Below, piece after piece: positions 14,742 through 22,586 of a DNA stretch of 32,000 nucleotides. This stretch comes from an uncultured archaeon. Its GTDB lineage: Archaea > Asgardarchaeota > Thorarchaeia > Thorarchaeales > Thorarchaeaceae. The stretch's first letter is position 1. Every line of letters begins with the position of its first letter. The notes below the pieces were generated by a model. That model searched no databases. It saw only the letters and a list, made by a program, of their open reading frames with translations, and was not told the origin of the DNA. The stretch lies in NCBI GenBank assembly GCA_964648855.1, contig CAZYLT010000005.1, forward strand, positions 30,001-62,000, written 5' to 3'. Made by a program: the position numbers and the translations under genes.

Positions 14742-17072
14742 ATGAGCACGCCTGATGTCAAGGCAATCGTGCCAGTAATGGCAACCAAACAATTGAGCCC
14801 AGTTGGCGGTATACCCATGTTACAAGCAATACCCATGGATTACTCTCTTGCTGCATCTGTCATTAGGTATTTGCAGAATACAAATCCAGAGGACTTGGAA
14901 TTCATTTTGAAAGCGTATCTTCCAATCGCTGGAGTATACACTACAAAAGCTGGGCAGTATTTTGGTTTAGAACCCATTGGAGCAAACATGATTCAGAATA
15001 TACTGCCGCATGTTAGTTTGCCAGCCTTCCCAAGTAGTATCTCGGAGGCTAATACAATCACTGAGGCAACTCATGCTTTGGAGAACACACTGAGATGGTT
15101 CGATGAGAACGATTTCACACATGTCGAATCAATTGCAGGTGTGATTCCTCGTGACGCCGCCAAGGCTATTTTCGGTATGATTGAATGGCCGGACAAGGGT
15201 GCAGAGGAACCCTATTCAGTTAGATTTCCTTCCCCACTGGATTCTAATGATCTTATATCGACGGCCTCAGTGCTGGGAAGGAGAATTGACGCCCTTCATG
15301 GCATATACGACGAACTGAGTGCTCTAGAAAGAAATCTGGGTAACAAGATTGAGAATCTTGTTCAGAATGCCTCGAAGGAAGTCATAACGAGAACCGAGCG
15401 GCTTGACCAGAGAATTTCGGTTCTGAGAGATGACATTGAAAAGATATCTCCGAAAATCGAGTATCTCGAATCCGAAGAGAATCCAGATGCTGCAAAAATC
15501 AAGGCTATGAAAAACACTTTGCAAAATAGAGAAGCAGCTCTTGAACGGGACCAAAAAAGAAGGGAATCTGTCGAAGATAGGATAGGCGAATCAGTAAAGC
15601 ATCTAGAAGAACTACAAACCCAACTTAGTGGCAAGTTGCAGCATACACTCAATGTAGTATCCAACGGTGTTGAGGAATTCTCAGATTTTGCAGTACCGCC
15701 TCAATCTGAGGGCATAGATGGCGAGATACTCCTCTTTCTATTACCACTTCTCCTGTTTGGGCAATCACATAAAGGTCGCTTGCTCATCGACATTCATTCA
15801 TGCGGCAGTCTGCTTGATACTGAGGATAGAGTTGGCATGCGAAGAGACTTCGTGGATCCATTTGAATCCCTTAATGCGCGTTTTGTTACATTCATTTCTG
15901 AGGTATCAGAAACAATAGGTGGTAATGTTTCCATACGACGCTCCTTACTCAAATATGCAGAGGAATACAACCTACTCGCCTTGAGTGAGACTCGAAACAT
16001 GCTGATGGACGGATGTAAACTTCTAGTTTCTGATGGTCTTCTGAAAGATTCATTGGTTGAAGAAGTCAGAAACCTATTGGACTCCATTCCTGTGGCAGAT
16101 GGCATTCGCGCAGAAAGCATCCGAATGGTCCCTTATAGATCAAAAGATGAAAGTGTCGCGACTGTCAGATTTCAAGTTCGTAGTGATTCTGGCCAGGCTA
16201 TCTGTGATGCAATTGTAGAACTTGGAGGACTCCGCCTCAAGACAGACAAAATGGGATTGGTCAGTGTGGATTTACCTCGTAGCAATTATGAGGGACATGT
16301 TCGTGCTGATGGTTTCGTGGAGCGGAAATTCGAATTCAACCTCAATACCTCACAGGACCTGGCAATTCCCATAATACTTGAATCATTGCCTTATGAGGAA
16401 TTGATTTCCCGATCACTCGATAGGCTGGTCAAGAGAACGGAGAATCTTGAATCTATACAATCGCGGTTGAGGAAGGCCTTCGAAGATTATGGTAGCAAGT
16501 TGGTGAAGATTCCGATCTACCGAACCGCGCTCACTGAATTGCTCACTGAGTTAGGATATGAGCCAGAGGCGTGGATTTCCAAGGCGAAAAAGGAGAGTCA
16601 AATGGTGGGTCGATTGCTCAATAAAAGCGCCAGGGAAGACTCAATTCGTAGGGACCTGCTAAGAATCGCAAGAGCTTCAAAGGAATCGGGTGGAATCATA
16701 TTGCTGTCGGAACTCATCACACGCCTTCATGATTTTGGATGGGAGATAGATGTAGATGATTTGGACGAGATTCTGAAGAATCTATCTGATGAAGGTGTCA
16801 TTCAAGGTGTATCTGCACTAGAGGGCGGAGCGAAGCTAGTGAAGTTCATCCCCGTTGGTTTGACCAGTGACCCACGAAGAATTCTCTCTCTGGCATCTAG
16901 GCATAACGGGAAGTTATCGATGGAACAAATACTTGTTGAATTGAATTGGACAGAGGAGCGAGCTCAAAATGCTCTCGAATTGCTGGTCAGCGGTGGTGTG
17001 GCGAAGATTCAAAGAAGTTATGCAAAGAGTACCACCTATTGGTTTCCAGGCTTGATAACTCGAAAAGAATAA
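14742..17072 (+). CDS. Multidomain protein: coiled-coil region + Ig/transthyretin-like (carboxypeptidase-regulatory/PEGA-like) domain + ESCRT-II Vps22/Vps36-like (EAP30) domain
   Basis: C-terminal ~225 aa show Vps22/SNF8 hallmarks: P.YR..L..LGYEP, GGIILLSEL, IDVDDL, P..L..D...IL.LA....GKLS, LNWTEERAQNALELLVSGG, YWFP; central VRSDSGQAI.DAIV....KTDKMG.V...LP..Y..V.ADGF; start moved to ATG 14742. Confidence 0.85.
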   Translation: MSTPDVKAIVPVMATKQLSPVGGIPMLQAIPMDYSLAASVIRYLQNTNPEDLEFILKAYLPIAGVYTTKAGQYFGLEPIGANMIQNILPHVSLPAFPSSISEANTITEATHALENTLRWFDENDFTHVESIAGVIPRDAAKAIFGMIEWPDKGAEEPYSVRFPSPLDSNDLISTASVLGRRIDALHGIYDELSALERNLGNKIENLVQNASKEVITRTERLDQRISVLRDDIEKISPKIEYLESEENPDAAKIKAMKNTLQNREAALERDQKRRESVEDRIGESVKHLEELQTQLSGKLQHTLNVVSNGVEEFSDFAVPPQSEGIDGEILLFLLPLLLFGQSHKGRLLIDIHSCGSLLDTEDRVGMRRDFVDPFESLNARFVTFISEVSETIGGNVSIRRSLLKYAEEYNLLALSETRNMLMDGCKLLVSDGLLKDSLVEEVRNLLDSIPVADGIRAESIRMVPYRSKDESVATVRFQVRSDSGQAICDAIVELGGLRLKTDKMGLVSVDLPRSNYEGHVRADGFVERKFEFNLNTSQDLAIPIILESLPYEELISRSLDRLVKRTENLESIQSRLRKAFEDYGSKLVKIPIYRTALTELLTELGYEPEAWISKAKKESQMVGRLLNKSAREDSIRRDLLRIARASKESGGIILLSELITRLHDFGWEIDVDDLDEILKNLSDEGVIQGVSALEGGAKLVKFIPVGLTSDPRRILSLASRHNGKLSMEQILVELNWTEERAQNALELLVSGGVAKIQRSYAKSTTYWFPGLITRKE

Positions 17073-17130
17073 GACATAGAACCTGACTCTTCGGTCCTAC
17101 CAAAAACGGGTCTGTTCGAGTTGTAAAAGA

Positions 17131-17916
17131 ATGAACAAACTTTCACACATAGTGTTCGCTATTTCATTATTCGTAGGGCTGTATTCACTCATCTATGGCT
17201 TCAGTGTTTGGCAATCGGACCTGGGACGAATTAGAGAATTGCTGACTTATTACATCGCAGGTGGTTTAGGCCTAAGCGTTTTCTCAACACCTGTTCTGTA
17301 TTGGAAAGCTCCTCACCGAAACAAAGGTCGTTCTATTGGAAATCTCGGCGCGGTGTCCGCTCTCTTCTTTGTCATATTCTGTATTGGCTCTCTCATTGGC
17401 TCAGTCATCTATCAATGGTACTCGGGCGTTCCGATGATAGGCAACCTCTCAATTTCTATCGGTGCATTAATCACTCTTGTAGGTGCATTGATGCCTGATT
17501 GGGATATCCCATTCCTAGGAATATCTCGCCATCGTAACTTGGTTTTTCATTCCTTCATCTTGCCCCTATTGATTGTTTTAGGAAGCCTGCTCAATGTAGC
17601 ATTTAGCGTGATTTCAGCTTCGTCTCTGGCAATCGGTGCGCATATCGAGTATTACGTGACAGCGCTCTTTCTCGTTGGTTACGCAAGTCATCTCTACTTG
17701 GATATATTTCCAAGCAGTGCCAGTCCTTTGGAAATCGTCTGGAGGGCTGCTAACCCAACAGACCAAGCACCGACGGGTTTGAAACCTCTAGGTTCAATAA
17801 AAATCAGCAAGAGAGGTGCACGAGGCTGGCTTGTTGGAAACGCTACCCTTCTTGTGATAATTGCATTAGCACTATTTGGTCTGTATTTCTATAATCTGAG
17901 GGTAGTGGCTCCATAA
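17131..17916 (+). CDS. Integral-membrane metal-dependent hydrolase, YdjM/DUF457-like
   Basis: N-terminal SH, LMPDWD, RHRNLVFHS, GYASHLYLD motif set; about 7 hydrophobic helices. Confidence 0.8.
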   Translation: MNKLSHIVFAISLFVGLYSLIYGFSVWQSDLGRIRELLTYYIAGGLGLSVFSTPVLYWKAPHRNKGRSIGNLGAVSALFFVIFCIGSLIGSVIYQWYSGVPMIGNLSISIGALITLVGALMPDWDIPFLGISRHRNLVFHSFILPLLIVLGSLLNVAFSVISASSLAIGAHIEYYVTALFLVGYASHLYLDIFPSSASPLEIVWRAANPTDQAPTGLKPLGSIKISKRGARGWLVGNATLLVIIALALFGLYFYNLRVVAP

Positions 17917-17955
17917 AAACGCTGAGAACTGGATGCGAAAGCCCCTTTCTTTGAA

Positions 17956-18255
17956 CTACCAATCGTCATCATCATCAAAGAGGTAGTCTTCTGAATCTTC
18001 AATCAGATCGAATTCATCCTCTTCGAAGTCCTCGTCATCATCCTCAAAGAGAAAAGTTTCGGGGTCAACATCTGTTGAAAACTCGTCATTCTCTGAATCG
18101 ATGCTAGGTTCAGTCTTCTTTTTCTTTTTGAGCACTTCGGGCGCAAGACAAATCACGTCTACAACATCGAAATACTTGCATTCAGGACAGCAGTTGTTCT
18201 TATGGTCGCATGTCGTGAAAGACGCGCAAAGCTTGCAGCATTTTAGTTCGGACAT
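17956..18255 (-). CDS. Small Cys-rich protein with Lys patch and acidic tail
   Basis: CCxxC-x5-C-x5-CCxxC-x9-C, KKKKK, D/E-rich tail ending DDDDDW; GGGTG SD-like site supports ATG 18255. Confidence 0.75.
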   Translation of the reverse strand: MSELKCCKLCASFTTCDHKNNCCPECKYFDVVDVICLAPEVLKKKKKTEPSIDSENDEFSTDVDPETFLFEDDDEDFEEDEFDLIEDSEDYLFDDDDDW

Positions 18256-18407
18256 AGTATTATGCACCCGATAATCATTGTACTTCTAGGCCCCATGAAG
18301 TAGCCAAATAAGCGTCTCCTTATGTAGTTTAAAAACTGCACAAATCAATATGACGTTTTGGTTAATGTTATATCTAGAGCACTACCAAGAGGTCTTGTGA
18401 ACTCATT

Positions 18408-20138
18408 ATGGGCAATCTTGAAGAGTATGTACGTAAGATGGTACTGGAAAATGCGGTAAAATATGACGGCAGCCCGAGTGTTAAGTCCGTAATGAGTGCA
18501 ATAATGGGAACTAGAGCGGATCTTCGGCCTCGTGCGAACGAGATAAAGGACTTGGTCGCTGTAGTGGTCGCAGAAGTCGAAAACATGTCCCTCGAAAAAC
18601 AAAGAGAACTTCTTCTTGAGATAGATCCCGATGCTCTGACCGAAGAACAGGACCCCATCGAAGAAGAGGGAATGCCAGAATTGCCTGGGGCTGACCGATG
18701 GGAGAATATCGTTATGCGACTTGCTCCTTTCCCTTCAGGCCCTCTACACATTGGCAATGCCCGAATGGTGATTCTGAATGACTATTACGTCAAGGCGCAT
18801 GATGGAAAGTTAATACTTGTTTTTGATGATACTATAGGATCTGCAGAAAAAGTTGTCGAGCCGGCGGCATATGATCTCATCCGTGAGGGACTGGAATATC
18901 TCAATGTTGAGTGGCATGACACGGTTTACAAGTCCGATAGGCTCGATATCTTCTACGAGTATGCCGTGGATCTTATTAAGAAACATGAGGCCTACATTTG
19001 CGATTGTGACGCAAAGATTTGGAGGACTGAATACAAAATAAATCAGAAATCTTGTCCCTGTCGTCATCTCGATGTTCATCAGAATCTTGAACGATGGGAA
19101 AAGATGCTAGATGGCACATATGCTGAGAAGGAAGCGGCTGTACGAATAAAGACGGGAATGGATGACCCTGACCCAGCAATGCGGGATCACGTAATTCTAC
19201 GTATCTCTGAAACTGAACACCCGCGAGTTGGGTCGAAGTATAGAGTATGGCCACTCCTTGAGTACTCATGGGGAATAGATGACCATGAGTTAGGAATCTC
19301 CCACATCATTCGAGGAAAGGATCTCGTCAAAGAAGGCAAGATCGAACAGCATATTTGGAACATCTATGGCTGGAAGCATCCTGAATTGATCTACTATGGT
19401 CGACTTAGATTCCAAGATGCTACTCTCAGCAAGAGCAAGTCACGACAGGAGGTAATTGATGGAGCCTATACTGGATGGGACGACCCTCGAACTTGGAGCC
19501 TTCAATCATTGCAGAAACGGGGTATTGACCCTCGTGCTTTACGGAAGGCTATGCTTGACTTGGGCCTAAGTGTTGTAGACATAAGCATCTCAATGAAGCC
19601 AGTATATGCAGAGAATAGAAGCTTGAAAGATGCTGAGGCTCCCCGAGTATTCTTCGTGGAAAATCCGGTCTGGCTCACCACTGTCGGAATACCGGAGGGC
19701 ATCGAATATGCAGAGGCGCCGGTCCATCCAGATTTTCCCGAGAGAGGTTTCAGGAATATCCCGATTAGAGCAGACGGCATAGACGAAAAACTAGGTATTC
19801 CTCAGAAAGACTTCGAAAGATTAGATAAAGGCACTCTCTTCAGAATGAAAGACCTTGCGAACTTCATCATGAAGAAGGGTGAAAACCTAGAAATCCACTT
19901 CAACGATCTGGATGTGCATACTATTCTTGATGCAAATGCCCCGATTGTTCACTGGGTTCCCGAAATTGGGAATGTTCCCGTTCAACTAACAATGATTGAT
20001 GGATCTATTGTTATGGGTCAAGCTGAACCGAGTATTCGGGACCTACCAGTTGGGACTTTCCTGCAATTTGAGAGGGTAGGATTCGCAAAGATTTTCGATA
20101 GAGATGGCGTCATAAAGGCAGCGTTCTCTCACAAGTAG
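18408..20138 (+). CDS. gltX: Glutamate--tRNA ligase (archaeal type)
   Basis: MRLAPFPSGPLHIGNAR, FDDT, CDC...CPCR zinc site, DPAMRD, HPRVG.KYRVWP, SHIIRGKD, LSKSK, GWDDPR, QFERVGF. Confidence 0.97.
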   Translation: MGNLEEYVRKMVLENAVKYDGSPSVKSVMSAIMGTRADLRPRANEIKDLVAVVVAEVENMSLEKQRELLLEIDPDALTEEQDPIEEEGMPELPGADRWENIVMRLAPFPSGPLHIGNARMVILNDYYVKAHDGKLILVFDDTIGSAEKVVEPAAYDLIREGLEYLNVEWHDTVYKSDRLDIFYEYAVDLIKKHEAYICDCDAKIWRTEYKINQKSCPCRHLDVHQNLERWEKMLDGTYAEKEAAVRIKTGMDDPDPAMRDHVILRISETEHPRVGSKYRVWPLLEYSWGIDDHELGISHIIRGKDLVKEGKIEQHIWNIYGWKHPELIYYGRLRFQDATLSKSKSRQEVIDGAYTGWDDPRTWSLQSLQKRGIDPRALRKAMLDLGLSVVDISISMKPVYAENRSLKDAEAPRVFFVENPVWLTTVGIPEGIEYAEAPVHPDFPERGFRNIPIRADGIDEKLGIPQKDFERLDKGTLFRMKDLANFIMKKGENLEIHFNDLDVHTILDANAPIVHWVPEIGNVPVQLTMIDGSIVMGQAEPSIRDLPVGTFLQFERVGFAKIFDRDGVIKAAFSHK

Positions 20139-20221
20139 TAATTTTTTCAAATATCAGCGGTGTATTTTGTCAGCCAAAGAGAACAAATAGTGGTTCGCCT
20201 TTCATCAGGTTGGTGTTCGCG

Positions 20222-20962
20222 TTGGCAAAGAAGAAGTTCAAGCTAACAAAATCTAAGTTCCGCATTTCAGGAAAGGATTCCAAGCTTAAGATTGATGACA
20301 AGAAGGCTAAGGAATATCATTTTCGTGTGAAGGTTTCTGAGGAGGAGACGCGAAATCTCGCTGCTGAAACCGCCAGTGACCTCTTCGAAGTTTCAAAAGA
20401 TAAGGTAGAAATGAGGAAACCTGCTCTAAAATATGATTTCTACTGCATCTATGATGCTGAACTAAATCTCAAGTTTTTGAGGAAGCGCATGCAAGAAGTT
20501 GGCGTCCAAGAACAGTTAATGGGGGCTATGGTGGGAAAAGAGATCTATACACCAAGGAAAGGAAAAGATATTCCTGGAAAAGCAGTATTTCTGGAAATGA
20601 TTGAGCTATTCGAGATCGAAAATGACGCCTCCTTTATTCTTGATGGCGTCACGGGATTCCCAGCAAAAACTCTCGAGAAGCTGCTTAAGGGTCCTGGTAA
20701 AAAGAAGGTTACTGCATCTTGGAAAAAGAAAGCAAGAATAGCCTCGGGCAAATACAAGTCTCTAGAAAAAGTGGTGAAATCAGTAGCTAAAGATGCCAAA
20801 AAGGTGCCTAAAGGGACAAAACGGGTTCTTGAGCACACACTCACATTCAAGACGTTAAAGGGATTCTATGTTCCAACCTACTATGTTAATATTTCTGCAG
20901 GTGGGGAGAAGCGTAAGTTTAGGATCAACGCTGTTAATGGAAATGTCGCCCTGAAGGTATGA
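20222..20962 (+). CDS. Highly basic hypothetical protein with an apparent internal duplication
   Basis: Lys-rich ORF; two modules ending FILDGVTG and FRINAVNG, each preceded by a Y-rich strand (LKYDFYCIY / FYVPTYYV); start uncertain (TTG 20210 or 20222). Confidence 0.75.
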   Translation: MAKKKFKLTKSKFRISGKDSKLKIDDKKAKEYHFRVKVSEEETRNLAAETASDLFEVSKDKVEMRKPALKYDFYCIYDAELNLKFLRKRMQEVGVQEQLMGAMVGKEIYTPRKGKDIPGKAVFLEMIELFEIENDASFILDGVTGFPAKTLEKLLKGPGKKKVTASWKKKARIASGKYKSLEKVVKSVAKDAKKVPKGTKRVLEHTLTFKTLKGFYVPTYYVNISAGGEKRKFRINAVNGNVALKV

Positions 20963-21002
20963 ACATCCGGTTTCTCTTACTATTGCGGCTCTCCTCATCG
21001 TC

Positions 21003-22586
21003 CTATGTTCTGGATGAATCTAGCCCCCATCCGCCTCCCCCTGGCGTTTCAATTCGTACAATAGTGCCTGCTGGAATTCTGATGGTCGTCTTACTTTGAA
21101 GGATATGGGTGTTTCCTTCAAATGTCAGGAAATTCCCTCCGCATGCTCCGTTCTTGCCCCCAGCGAGGCCCCATGGTGCCCTATGTCGACGTTCTGATTG
21201 TATGGAGATGGTGCAATCCTCTCCGAGCACTTCAATTTCTCTAACAAGACCATCGCCCCCTGCCCACATCCCATTTCCACCGCTATTCCGCCTAATACTG
21301 TATTCAAGAACCCTGAGCGGATACTCTGACTCCAAGGACTCTATGGGCGTGTTCAGAGTATTGGTCATATGCGAATGAATCCCGCTGGCTCCATTCTCCC
21401 CTTTACGAGCACCCACACCGCCCCCTAGCGTTTCATAAAATGAAAATGGTTTCTGCTTGCCGGAATCTATCCCTCCTATTGTAAGGTTATTCATGGTTCC
21501 CTGACTTGCGGCGGGAACAATGTCTAAAGATATCCTGCTAATGGCACCCATGACTGTATCCACGATTCGTTGAGTGGTTTCAACATTTCCCGCTGATACT
21601 GCAGCAGGATATTCAGGATTCAAGAGGGAATTCTTTGGTACTGTTACCTTGATTGGTTTCCAACACCCTTCATTTGTTGGAATATGTCCACCAAACAGTG
21701 CGATGAAGACAAAGTAAACAGCTGAAATTGTTGAAGCAAAAGGGCAATTGATATTCCCCTCTACCTGTTCTGAGGTTCCTCTGAAATCAACCCCTACTGT
21801 TGAACCGTCAAATTTCACCTCAACAGATATCGGAATGTTCCACTGTCCCATTCCATCGCTGTCCATGTAATCTGTGAAGCAACCTACCCCATTCCCGAAC
21901 TCAGATAGTGCCTTTTGCATTAGACTTTCTGAATAGCTCTGAAGCTGTTCAAAGAGCAAATCTAGTCTTGACCAGCTAACTTCTCTGGCTAGCTCATTGA
22001 GGCGTCTTCTACCGACAATATTAGCGGCTAACTGTGCTGACAAGTCCCCCAGTCGTTCATCCGGTGTTCTTGTGGTTTTCATTAGATCGCTAATCGCATT
22101 ACGATTAATCTTCTGAGCTTCAACGACCACCCGTGGCGAGATTAGAATGCCTTCATCATCAATGGATTCTGCCATTCCGGGCATTGAACCGGGGCTCACA
22201 CCTCCTACGTCTGCATGATGGGCTCTATTAGCTACATATGCTGCTACATTATTGCCATCAAAAATCGGTGCTACCAGAGTTAAATCCGGTAGATGAGACC
22301 CCCCTGTGAAGGGGTCATTGTGAAGCACCATTTCACCATCAGACAGACTGCTACCCAACTGATCTATGCAGGATTTCACCGATAGGGGCATGGCACCCAG
22401 ATGGACAGGAATATCCTTTGACTGTGCAACAAGATTCCCCCTTGAATCAAAGATTGCAGAGCTACAATCACGACGCTCTTTGATATTGGGACTAAACGCT
22501 GTTCGTTGTAGACTCAAACTCATCTCCCGAGCATAGGAAATCATTGAGTTCTTTAGCACCTCAAATGTGACAGGGTCGTCTATCAT
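21003..22586 (-). CDS. Hydantoinase B / 5-oxoprolinase subunit B
   Basis: DPVTFEV, RTAFSPNIKERRDCSSA, IPVHLGAM, NDPF.GGSHLPD, RAHHADVGG..PGSM, SQGTMNN, HSHMTNT.NTP.E, ETPGGGGWG; ATG 22586 overlaps the upstream TAA (TAATG). Confidence 0.95.
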   Translation of the reverse strand: MIDDPVTFEVLKNSMISYAREMSLSLQRTAFSPNIKERRDCSSAIFDSRGNLVAQSKDIPVHLGAMPLSVKSCIDQLGSSLSDGEMVLHNDPFTGGSHLPDLTLVAPIFDGNNVAAYVANRAHHADVGGVSPGSMPGMAESIDDEGILISPRVVVEAQKINRNAISDLMKTTRTPDERLGDLSAQLAANIVGRRRLNELAREVSWSRLDLLFEQLQSYSESLMQKALSEFGNGVGCFTDYMDSDGMGQWNIPISVEVKFDGSTVGVDFRGTSEQVEGNINCPFASTISAVYFVFIALFGGHIPTNEGCWKPIKVTVPKNSLLNPEYPAAVSAGNVETTQRIVDTVMGAISRISLDIVPAASQGTMNNLTIGGIDSGKQKPFSFYETLGGGVGARKGENGASGIHSHMTNTLNTPIESLESEYPLRVLEYSIRRNSGGNGMWAGGDGLVREIEVLGEDCTISIQSERRHRAPWGLAGGKNGACGGNFLTFEGNTHILQSKTTIRIPAGTIVRIETPGGGGWGLDSSRT

